Of a stretch of DNA of 22,363 bases, positions 8,341 through 15,616 are shown piece after piece (the first letter of the stretch is position 1; each line of letters opens with the position of its first letter). Source of the DNA: an uncultured Candidatus Electrothrix sp. (lineage in GTDB: Bacteria > Desulfobacterota > Desulfobulbia > Desulfobulbales > Desulfobulbaceae); contig CBFDDU010000038.1 in the NCBI GenBank assembly GCA_965603655.1, positions 1 to 22,363 on the forward strand. The letters run 5' to 3'. Both the position numbers and the translations under genes were made by a program. The notes below the pieces were generated by a model. That model searched no databases. It saw only the letters and a program-made list of their open reading frames with translations, and was not told the origin of the DNA.

Positions 8341-8757
8341 ATGACACAAGCAACTGACAGAGATTTGAAGGCATTTATCGACGACTGGCAGCAAAGCCCG
8401 GAAAGAAACAAAGAGATTTTCCTCCGCTATAAAGCCCAGCTTGAACGCGATGAAAATATTCAGCTGGAATTTATCCCGCGCCCCGGAATTACCTATTCCC
8501 TGAGAGCAACCCATGCTGCTCAGAAAACGAGAAAGCTCTTCGCGATGATTGATGTTATCGAAGATAACCCCAGATGGCTTTCGGTCTGCTTTTACGGTGA
8601 CATGATTACTGACCCTGAAGGGCAGGGCGATGCCGTGCCCGGTGGTTTGCTCGGTGAAGACGCGGTCTGTTTTGACCTTGAAGCATGGGATGAAGAACGT
8701 GTTCGCTATGTCGAAGCCCGGCTTGATGAAGCTTGTCAATGCTCCGCACAGGAATAA
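8341..8757 (+). CDS. hypothetical protein (first gene of the PNP/deaminase operon)
   Basis: 138-aa ORF with AAGAGGAATAAGGAA upstream of the ATG. It ends 16 nt before the PNP start. No family recognised. Confidence 0.7.
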   Translation: MTQATDRDLKAFIDDWQQSPERNKEIFLRYKAQLERDENIQLEFIPRPGITYSLRATHAAQKTRKLFAMIDVIEDNPRWLSVCFYGDMITDPEGQGDAVPGGLLGEDAVCFDLEAWDEERVRYVEARLDEACQCSAQE

Positions 8758-8773
8758 AGAGAGACAAGACAAC

Positions 8774-9607
8774 ATGATTGATATCAACGCACATAAAGAG
8801 CAGGTGGAGGAGGCGGTCGCTTTTCTCCGGTCCCGTCTCCCGATCATCCCGGAAATTCTGATCCAGTTAGGCACTGGCCTGGGCAACCTGGTCGAGGCGA
8901 TGGAAAGCAGCATCTCCATTCCGTATGAAGATATCCCCGGATTTCCCCATTCCACCGTGACCAGCCATGCCGGTAATCTGGTATGCGGTACCTTGGCCGG
9001 AAAACCCTGCGCGATTCTCCAGGGGCGATTTCATTATTACGAGGGCTATTCTGCCTGTGAGGTCGGGTTCCCTATCCGGGTCCTGTCCCTGCTTGGTGTG
9101 CGGACCGCCATCATTACCAATGCCTCGGGTGGATTAAAGACGTCTTGGCAGGCCGGTACCATTATGATTTTTAAAGATCATATCAACCAGTTGCCGGATA
9201 ACCCTTTGCGCGGCCCTAATATAGATGCATGGGGTCCCCGTTTTCCCGATTTGTCTGAACCCTATGACCCGGCCCTGCGCAAGCTGGCTCGGCAGGCAGC
9301 CCGTAAACTGAAATTTCCCGATGTGACTGAAGGAACCTATGTCTGCATTCCCGGTCCCAGTCTGGAAACCCCGGCGGAGACCCGGATGCTCAAACAATGC
9401 GGAGCTGATGCTGTGGGTATGTCCTCGGTGCCGGAGGTTATCACGGCCCTGCACGGCGGGCTGCGGGTGCTGGGGCTGTCCGTGGTGGCCAATATCAATG
9501 ATCCAGATGATTTTATCCCCATTTTGCTGGAGGATATTGTTGAGGCGGCCAAGCAGGCAGAACCGATACTGCAAAAAATGATTCTTGAAATCGTACAGGA
9601 GCTGTAA
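8774..9607 (+). CDS. purine nucleoside phosphorylase, trimeric (PNP-I/MTAP-like) family
   Basis: Tracked ORF is 8630..9607; ATG 8774 (MIDINAHKEQ) is the sensible start. Motifs: GTGLG, HSTVTSHAGNLVCG, GRFHYYEGY, ITNASGGL, GPNIDAWGPRFPD, GPSLETPAE, GADAVGMSSVPE. Confidence 0.9.
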   Translation: MIDINAHKEQVEEAVAFLRSRLPIIPEILIQLGTGLGNLVEAMESSISIPYEDIPGFPHSTVTSHAGNLVCGTLAGKPCAILQGRFHYYEGYSACEVGFPIRVLSLLGVRTAIITNASGGLKTSWQAGTIMIFKDHINQLPDNPLRGPNIDAWGPRFPDLSEPYDPALRKLARQAARKLKFPDVTEGTYVCIPGPSLETPAETRMLKQCGADAVGMSSVPEVITALHGGLRVLGLSVVANINDPDDFIPILLEDIVEAAKQAEPILQKMILEIVQEL

Positions 9608-9609
9608 CT

Positions 9610-10947
9610 ATGCATCAGGATATGAGTCAGGGTGAAACAAGGGAGGTTAACCTCATCCTTGCCGGTCGCTATTTGGTTGCGAATAGCCGGGAGGTCCAGG
9701 AGCAGGAAGGTATTTCGGTTGCTGTTGCCAAAGACCGGATTGTTGAGATCGGCCCGAAGCTGGCAAAGAAATATCCCCAGGCAGAATGTATTGCTCATCC
9801 CCATGGCCTGATCATGCCCGGCCTTATCAATACCCATACCCATGCAGCCATGGCCTGCTTTCGGGGGCTGGCTGATGATCTGCCCTTGATGGAGTGGCTC
9901 CAGGAGCATATCTTTCCCAGAGAGGCCCAACTAACCTCGGAGATCGTTTATCAGGCCACGCTGCTCTCCATCTGCGAGATGATTAAATCTGGAACGACGT
10001 CCTTTAATGATATGTATCTCTTTGCCAAGGATGTGGCCCGTGCTGCCGATGCATCCGGCATGCGGGCTTGGCTGGGAGAGGTTCTGTATGATTTTCCTTC
10101 GCCCAACTATGGTGAGCTGGAAAAGGGCTTTGCCTATACAGAGGAATTGTTCGAACGGTATGCGGAAAACGAACTCGTCACCATCACGGTCAATCCCCAT
10201 TCGGTGTACACCTGCTCCCCGGCCCTGCTGGAGCGACTGGCCGTCCAGGCAGAAGAAAAAAAGGCCCTCTATCATATTCATCTGGCGGAAAACCAGGATG
10301 AGGTCAACACCTGCACGGAACGATACGGGTGTTCACCGGTCCAGCATCTGGAAAAGCTGGGATTGCTTAACCAGCGGGTTGTGGCGGCCCACGGGGTTAT
10401 AGTTAGTGAGGAAGAGATGGACCTGTTGGCGGAACGCAAGGTGAAGCTTGCCCATTGCCCGGAGTCCAATATGAAGCTGGCTTCCGGGATCGCCCCTGTG
10501 CCAGCCATGCTGGAGAAAGGGCTCACGGTTGGCCTTGGTACAGACGGCAGTGCTTCTAATAACGATGTGGATCTGTTCGGCGAGATGAATTCGGCAGCCA
10601 AAATGCATAAGGTGGCTCAGATGGATCCCACGGTGATGAACGCAGCCGCTACCCTCCATGCCGCGACCCAGGGAGGGGCTGGAGTGCTCGGGGCAGAAAC
10701 CGAAATCGGCAGTATTGCCGTTGGAAAAAAAGCCGATATGATTATGTTGGACATGGATCAACCGCACCTTACCCCGGTCTATAACCCTATTTCCCATCTG
10801 GTCTATGCAGCCGGAGGCGGAGACGTTATCCATTCAATCATCAATGGGCAGGTGGTTATGCGGGACCGGCAGTTGATGACCCTGGACGAGACAGCAATTA
10901 TAAGGGAGATGCAGCGGATCGGAGAAGTGGTTCGGAAGATGCGGTAG
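9610..10947 (+). CDS. mtaD: 5'-methylthioadenosine/S-adenosylhomocysteine deaminase (amidohydrolase superfamily)
   Basis: 445 aa. Motifs: PGLINTHTHAAMACFRGLADDLPLMEWL, HIHLAEN, AHGV, GLGTDGSASNNDVDLF. The ATG lies 2 nt after the PNP stop. Confidence 0.85.
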   Translation: MHQDMSQGETREVNLILAGRYLVANSREVQEQEGISVAVAKDRIVEIGPKLAKKYPQAECIAHPHGLIMPGLINTHTHAAMACFRGLADDLPLMEWLQEHIFPREAQLTSEIVYQATLLSICEMIKSGTTSFNDMYLFAKDVARAADASGMRAWLGEVLYDFPSPNYGELEKGFAYTEELFERYAENELVTITVNPHSVYTCSPALLERLAVQAEEKKALYHIHLAENQDEVNTCTERYGCSPVQHLEKLGLLNQRVVAAHGVIVSEEEMDLLAERKVKLAHCPESNMKLASGIAPVPAMLEKGLTVGLGTDGSASNNDVDLFGEMNSAAKMHKVAQMDPTVMNAAATLHAATQGGAGVLGAETEIGSIAVGKKADMIMLDMDQPHLTPVYNPISHLVYAAGGGDVIHSIINGQVVMRDRQLMTLDETAIIREMQRIGEVVRKMR

Positions 10948-10969
10948 CAAGGTCAGCGGCCAGCCTGTA

Positions 10970-11013
10970 ACAAAACAAAAAAAGTGGTCCGAGAGATTAT
11001 TCTCCCGGACCGC
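10970..11013 (-). terminator. intrinsic terminator of the carbonic-anhydrase-like gene (hairpin shared with convergent mtaD)
   Basis: gtggtccgagag / ctcccggaccgc forms a 12-bp stem with one mismatch and one wobble, and a 6-nt loop. On the - strand it is followed by UUUUUUUGUUUUG. Confidence 0.7.
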
Positions 11014-11069
11014 TTCCCGCTTGCATTTCTTTACTACTGAAGTTACATAGTCTGCATGTTGTTCAGGCC

Positions 11070-11912
11070 TTATTTGATTTCAGACAGGAGTTTCGGATCA
11101 GTAACGAGCTGCCGTACGCCGTGGGCATGATCTTCCTCAAAGACATTATCCTTGCACCATGCATTCAGGCTGTTGATGTCGATTTTAGCACATTGCGGAC
11201 GAACGCTCCAAGTAACCTGGAGAGGTGAACAAGTTTCCTGGGTGTATTTTGGTCCTGTTGTGGAACCTGGAAACTCAACCGGAGTTCCGGTATCGCCAGG
11301 CAGTGATTTTGCCTGATGCAGTCCATCGACAATATTACCGCCATACGTCATTGCGCCGAAGTCCATGGCATCAGGGTCATTGACGACCAGGAAAACCTGT
11401 GTTTCCACTCGCAGATCCGGGTTTGCACAGGTGTCAGAAAGGCATGAGCCCAGTCCCTTACCCGGTGTTACATCGCAGGAGCTGTGGACCCAATGTACCT
11501 CAATGGTATCACCGGGTTTTACGCCTGCACATCCTTCCTTGGCATCAACCGGAGCCAGCTCTTTCTTGGTGAGATTCTTGGTGTCGTTACACTGGTATCC
11601 GCCACCGTGACCATGCTCACCTTCACCGGCATAAATGGAAAAGTCTTTTGCTTTATGCTCGGCATTGACATGGAAATGAATATTACAGAGGTTCATGTCC
11701 TTGTAACCGGGTGCAAGAGAAAAGACACGCTTATTCTCGCCGGTTTTGCTGTCAATATCCCTCGGTGTCTGTGGCCCGAAGCCCTCGCATACCTTTCCTG
11801 TTCCTTCGGTATATTCTGAATGCTCTGTGTCTTTTGCATACCCTACTGTGGCAAGTAATCCGAGAGCAGAAGATGCAATAACAAAGGCCTGTACTGTTTT
11901 TTTAAGATCCAT
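11070..11912 (-). CDS. secreted carbonic-anhydrase-like protein (alpha/delta-type His triad)
   Basis: Tracked ORF is 11070..11936. ATG 11912 (MDLKKTVQAFVIASSALGLLATVGYA|K) has AAGGAGG 7 nt upstream. GPQTPRDI, NIHFHVNAEH and IEVHWVHSS resemble the QSPIDI, HFHWG..SEH and LHLVH blocks of alpha-CAs, but a ~40-aa insertion sits between the His motifs. Confidence 0.65.
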   Translation of the reverse strand: MDLKKTVQAFVIASSALGLLATVGYAKDTEHSEYTEGTGKVCEGFGPQTPRDIDSKTGENKRVFSLAPGYKDMNLCNIHFHVNAEHKAKDFSIYAGEGEHGHGGGYQCNDTKNLTKKELAPVDAKEGCAGVKPGDTIEVHWVHSSCDVTPGKGLGSCLSDTCANPDLRVETQVFLVVNDPDAMDFGAMTYGGNIVDGLHQAKSLPGDTGTPVEFPGSTTGPKYTQETCSPLQVTWSVRPQCAKIDINSLNAWCKDNVFEEDHAHGVRQLVTDPKLLSEIK

Positions 11913-12001
11913 TGGTCTTCCTCCTTTTTCCTTCATGTCTGTGTCTGTTGAGTTTCTAAATCATTCAGAATTTATGATATTCTGGTTGATCTTTAAATGT
12001 T

Positions 12002-12031
12002 ATTTTATGCGTGGAGGAGTTGAAAAGTCAA
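12002..12031 (-). promoter_or_regulatory. sigma-70-like promoter for the carbonic-anhydrase-like gene
   Basis: The minus strand reads TTGACT-N18-TAAAAT about 90 nt upstream of ATG 11912. Confidence 0.4.
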
Positions 12032-12171
12032 AGGATATTTTTTAGGAAAAGATATCAGGGGGTGTGGCGGAGTTGTTCCTTGCTAAGGAGTGAACTGTAG
12101 CTTTTATTTTTTTTAAAGGTTAGGTACGGTTAGGGGGAGCAGTTACGGACTGAAAGTTTGTTTGCTGAAGA

Positions 12172-12220
12172 CAAAAAAACAAGAAGGAGCAAGCAGGGAG
12201 CTTTTTTAAAACTCCCTGCT
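12172..12220 (-). terminator. terminator-like hairpin closing the lipoprotein array
   Basis: Minus strand: AGCAGGGAG-uuuuaaaaaag-CUCCCUGCU, then the U-rich UGCUCCUUCUUGUUUUUUU. It lies about 70 nt after the stop at 12290. Confidence 0.5.
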
Positions 12221-12289
12221 AGCTTTCGCACAATCTAAGCATCTTGCCGCCTCAAAGAAACAAAGGGGAACGGGCAGGCAGTGCTTTTT

Positions 12290-12490
12290 TCAACGATAGT
12301 AATACACCGGCGGGAGGGGCATGACCCTCGGTGCCGGTACTACAACAGGATGACGATACGGCCTTATCGGTTGCACTACCGGAGCACCCGGCCGTACCAC
12401 CGCAGGGCGGTGAGGCGGAGGAGGAAAATAACATCCCCCGAGCAGGATCGCCGTTGCTGCCAGCGTGAGACATATTGCGATCTTTTTCAT
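12290..12490 (-). CDS. small proline-rich lipoprotein (LP1)
   Basis: 66 aa. Signal peptide plus lipobox: MKKIAICLTLAATAILLGG|C. The mature part is YFPPPPHRPAVVRPGAPVVQPIRPYRHPVVVPAPRVMPLPPVYYYR. Confidence 0.65.
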   Translation of the reverse strand: MKKIAICLTLAATAILLGGCYFPPPPHRPAVVRPGAPVVQPIRPYRHPVVVPAPRVMPLPPVYYYR

Positions 12491-12577
12491 GGCTTCATAT
12501 CCAGTATTGAGCAGGTAAGGAGCCCTTCTTCCCCAATAAGCTTATCCCAAGCGGGCCGGGCTCCCTTTCGAACTCGG

Positions 12578-12820
12578 TTAGTATGCACACATCGGTTTGT
12601 AGACCGGTGCGCAGTCACAGACTGGTTTACAGGTAGGCTTGCACTCTTTCTTTTTCTCTTTCTTTTTCTCTTTCTTCATCTTCACTTCTACTTGTATCGG
12701 CGGCGGACATTGGTAACCGTATCCATACGGGCGTTGCTGATAATGATACGGAGAGACGTAGCAACCGCTGAGAATGGTAGCCGCGATTGCCAAGGAAAGG
12801 AAGGTGCTGAGTTTTTTCAT
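12578..12820 (-). CDS. small Tyr/Lys/Cys-rich lipoprotein (LP2)
   Basis: 80 aa. MKKLSTFLSLAIAATILSG|C, with AAGAGG upstream. The mature part contains YVSPYHYQQRPYGYGYQCPPP, a KKEKKKEKKKE tract and ECKPTCKPVCDCAPVYKPMCAY. Confidence 0.7.
   Translation of the reverse strand: MKKLSTFLSLAIAATILSGCYVSPYHYQQRPYGYGYQCPPPIQVEVKMKKEKKKEKKKECKPTCKPVCDCAPVYKPMCAY
12644..12679. repeat. 12-nt tandem repeat (ctctttcttttt, about 3 copies) inside LP2
   Basis: There are two perfect copies and a third matching at 10/12. It encodes the (KKEK)n tract on the - strand. The unit length is a multiple of 3. Confidence 0.8.
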
Positions 12821-12848
12821 GATTTCTTTTACCTCTTTTTTTGGATGG

Positions 12849-12887
12849 CAGAAAATAAATCGATCCTGTCCCTTGCAGAATCGATTT
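12849..12887 (-). terminator. hairpin between LP3 and LP2 (possible attenuator or weak terminator)
   Basis: Minus strand: AAATCGAT-15 nt-ATCGATTT followed by AUUUUCU. The stem is AT-rich. Confidence 0.25.
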
Positions 12888-13018
12888 CAGTTACTTGCTG
12901 TACTCATTTTGCACGAATTTTTTTCTTTGCTCTCTGGCTTCCTGAGACAGAGATGCGCATCTCTTCTCTCTCCACAGATGTGTAAAGAAGAGAGGGTGTT
13001 ACTTGTCTCGCTTTTCCA

Positions 13019-13648
13019 TTACGGGCAACAAGGCTCAGGAGGACAGTAAGCTGGTTCCGGCGGTGGACAGGGTTTTGGATCTGGCAACGGCGGAGGACAG
13101 TAACTGCTGTTATACCTAGGCATAGAGCGAGTTGTCGTTGTGTAGGACCTTGTTGCCGGTGTAGTTATTGTTGAGGGCACAATAAACCGCGATGTCGGAG
13201 TACTGACCACAGATGGAATCGTAATTCTTGTCGCCGGAGTGGTGGTGACGGTTGACGGATAACGATACCGTGTGCTGACGTAGCGTGATGGTGAAACGTA
13301 CGTGCTTCTGCTTATTGTCCTTGGCGCGTAGGTCCGCCGCGTTGTATATCTTTTTACACTTGGTGACGAAGAGCGTACCACCGGGGTGTATGTCCGAGTA
13401 ACTGGTGCATATGTGCGTACCACCGGGGAGTATCTACGTACAGTCGGTGAGGAAGAGCGAACAATCGGCGTATAGGTCCGTCGTACTGAACGACCTGCTC
13501 CGCTCCCGGTGTGGGTCGAAGTGGAAACGGATTGGGTTGTTGAGGTATATGTATGGACTGACCGTGAGGTCGGCCCGCTAGAATATCCGCATGCGCTCAA
13601 TAAACCGGCAGCAAGCACAGGTGTTAATAAGAATGTTGTCATCTTCAT
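13019..13648 (-). CDS. repeat-rich basic lipoprotein with Cys/Pro-rich C-terminus (LP3)
   Basis: Tracked ORF is 13019..13801. ATG 13648 (MKMTTFLLTPVLAAGLLSA|C) has AGGAGA 10 nt upstream. The body consists of degenerate R-T-Y-x-P-V-V-R-S-S-S-P-S-V-K/R-R-Y repeats. The tail is CPPPLPDPKPCPPPEPAYCPPEPCCP. Confidence 0.7.
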   Translation of the reverse strand: MKMTTFLLTPVLAAGLLSACGYSSGPTSRSVHTYTSTTQSVSTSTHTGSGAGRSVRRTYTPIVRSSSPTVRRYSPVVRTYAPVTRTYTPVVRSSSPSVKRYTTRRTYAPRTISRSTYVSPSRYVSTRYRYPSTVTTTPATRITIPSVVSTPTSRFIVPSTITTPATRSYTTTTRSMPRYNSSYCPPPLPDPKPCPPPEPAYCPPEPCCP

Positions 13649-13692
13649 GAGTTCTTCATCTCCTGAAATTATATAACGTTTTTCATACGGTG

Positions 13693-13860
13693 TTAATAGG
13701 AGGGATATGTCCCTCCGTCGTAATAGGTGGAGGTTCGGACGGTGTGTGTCGAGGTCGAGTAGGTATCGATAGTCCGTGATGTTGGTGCTGCGTAGTAGCA
13801 CCCGCTCAGTATAAGAGCGGCAAGAGATAATACTATAAATAAGAGTCCTCGTTTCTTCAT
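13693..13860 (-). CDS. 55-aa lipoprotein sORF not in the ORF track (LP4)
   Basis: My own translation of the minus strand gives MKKRGLLFIVLSLAALILSG|CYYAAPTSRTIDTYSTSTHTVRTSTYYDGGTYPSY*. The lipobox is LSGC. The mature N-terminus (PTSRTIDTYSTSTHT) resembles that of LP3 (PTSRSVHTYTSTTQSVSTSTHT). It stops 44 nt before the LP3 start. Confidence 0.6.
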   Translation of the reverse strand: MKKRGLLFIVLSLAALILSGCYYAAPTSRTIDTYSTSTHTVRTSTYYDGGTYPSY

Positions 13861-13958
13861 AACAACCCCGCTTCCTGAAGATTATCTGTGCAATATAATT
13901 CTATTTCCTTTTTTTTCTCTTTTTCTTATTGGGATAGTATAGGAATTTGTTGAAATAC

Positions 13959-14849
13959 TCAAGTTTTTTCTTGACGCTCTTCGGTAGAAGAGCCTGTTTT
14001 TTCCTGTCTTCTTAGGTGGTTTACTTTGAGCACGAGGCTGAGCAGATAGCAGACCGTAGCAATAAGAATAATAACCGAACCACTGGGCAGGTCAAAAGAA
14101 AAGCTGACCCCAAGACCGCTGGTAATGAACAGTGCCGAGAGAATTGTGGCAAGAACCATCATTTGGCGGATGCCTGAAGCTATGTTGCCAGCAATGGCCG
14201 CTGGCAGGGTGAGCAGGGCGATGACCATAATAATTCCGACAATACGAACAAGCAGGACGATTGTCAAGGCGGTGAGGCAGAGAAGCAGCAAATAGAGCCA
14301 GCGGGTATGTACACCTCGGAGTTGCGTATATTCTTCGTCAAAGCAGAGAGCGACCAGTTTATTATAAAAAATACCGACCACGGACAGAATAACACAATTA
14401 AGCGCGATAACAAAAGAGATGTCTTCCTTACTAATGAGCAGGATATTGCCGAAGAGATAGGACATCGGATCAAAATAGCCAGGGGTTATGGCTATGAAAA
14501 GAAAACCGATGGACATGCCGCCTGCCCAGAGTGCCCCGATAACTGAATCTTCCCGCTGGCCAGCATTCTTGCTCACCTGTGCCAGGATTAGAGCGGCCAG
14601 CAGGGAGACGATAATAGCCCCTCGGACAGGGGTTATCCAGGGGATACCTACCACGTTCTGGAGGTATAAGCCCCCTCCGATGCCGGCCAGCACACAATGG
14701 GAAATGGCGCCAGCAATATAGGAGATTCGCCGGACAACAACAAAGGTGCCAATAATACCGAAGGCAATAGAGGCCAGTAGGCCGGTAATGAGGGCGTAAC
14801 GGAGAAAGGGCAGGTCAGGGTCAAGGAGCGCGCTCCACAGTTCAGTCAT
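13959..14849 (-). CDS. znuB: zinc/manganese ABC transporter permease (ABC-3 family)
   Basis: Tracked ORF is 13959..14882. ATG 14849 (MTELWSALLDP) has GGAGG 8 nt upstream and overlaps the znuC stop by 8 nt. It is a polytopic protein with typical ABC-3 blocks (FLRYALITGLL, DEEYTQLRGV). Confidence 0.9.
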   Translation of the reverse strand: MTELWSALLDPDLPFLRYALITGLLASIAFGIIGTFVVVRRISYIAGAISHCVLAGIGGGLYLQNVVGIPWITPVRGAIIVSLLAALILAQVSKNAGQREDSVIGALWAGGMSIGFLFIAITPGYFDPMSYLFGNILLISKEDISFVIALNCVILSVVGIFYNKLVALCFDEEYTQLRGVHTRWLYLLLLCLTALTIVLLVRIVGIIMVIALLTLPAAIAGNIASGIRQMMVLATILSALFITSGLGVSFSFDLPSGSVIILIATVCYLLSLVLKVNHLRRQEKTGSSTEERQEKT

Positions 14850-15597
14850 ATTCGTGGCCTCCGGTACCGCAACGATGGTCATGGCGAATCATACGTAAAT
14901 CACCGCCGTACATGTCGCGGAGCAGCTCGCCGGTCAATTCGCTGGTCGGGTGAACATGGACCTGATTATTAACGCAGATTACCCGTTGAAAAAAACTGGG
15001 GGAGACGCCTATTTCATGGGTCACCATGAGAATGATCATATTTTTATTGAGTTCAGCCAGTAGAGTAAAGAGCTGTTCTTCTGATTGGCTATCCAGGCTG
15101 GCAGTGGGTTCATCAAGGATGAGGATGTCACCTTCCGCAGCCAGGGCACGGGCAATGAGCACCCGTTGTCGTTGGCCTCCTGAAAGAGCAGAAAAAGAGC
15201 GTTTGGCTAGGTGAGCCAAATTAACGGCATGTAGAGCCTCTAAGGCGACCTCCTTATCGTGGCGAGTATAACGACCGCTCAGGGAGTTACCTATTCGGCC
15301 CATGCACACCACCTCCTGAACAGAGATAGGAAAATTGGGGTCATAGCGGGCATACTGGGGGACATAGCCTATCCGGGTGCGTTCCTGCACAGGGGCGTTG
15401 CCATAGACGAGGACCGTTCCCTTATCTGGGCTCGCCAGGCCGAGGATGACTTTAATCAGCGTGGTTTTTCCGCCGCCGTTGGGCCCGACAATAGAAGCTG
15501 TATCCCCTGGGAAAATATCCAGATGAACATCGGTCAACACCGGAATATCATCATAGGAATAACAGAGGTCTCTGATCTGGACAGCTGCATTTCTCAT
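14842..15597 (-). CDS. znuC: zinc ABC transporter ATP-binding protein
   Basis: Tracked ORF is 14842..15768; ATG 15597 (MRNAAVQIRDL) gives a canonical 251-aa ATPase. Walker A is GPNGGGKTT, the signature is LSGGQRQR, and Walker B is ILILDEP. Confidence 0.9.
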   Translation of the reverse strand: MRNAAVQIRDLCYSYDDIPVLTDVHLDIFPGDTASIVGPNGGGKTTLIKVILGLASPDKGTVLVYGNAPVQERTRIGYVPQYARYDPNFPISVQEVVCMGRIGNSLSGRYTRHDKEVALEALHAVNLAHLAKRSFSALSGGQRQRVLIARALAAEGDILILDEPTASLDSQSEEQLFTLLAELNKNMIILMVTHEIGVSPSFFQRVICVNNQVHVHPTSELTGELLRDMYGGDLRMIRHDHRCGTGGHEYD

Positions 15598-15616
15598 AGG
15601 GAATATTCTCTGGGGC

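Noticed and set aside
8314-8955. 213-aa minus-strand ORF overlapping the hypothetical gene and the PNP start
   Set aside because: It lies opposite two well-supported plus-strand genes with family motifs. It has no motifs of its own and is Ser/Cys/Arg-rich, as is typical of antisense frames.
9337-9930. 197-aa minus-strand ORF spanning the PNP/mtaD junction
   Set aside because: It is antisense to two strongly motif-supported genes, so it is a shadow ORF.
12281-12985. 234-aa plus-strand ORF, the longest ORF in this region
   Set aside because: It is antisense to two lipobox-bearing genes. Its composition is bizarre (runs of R, LFLFLFLFLF from the 12-nt repeat). It has no SD and no recognisable fold. 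It is the mirror-image artefact of the low-complexity minus-strand genes.
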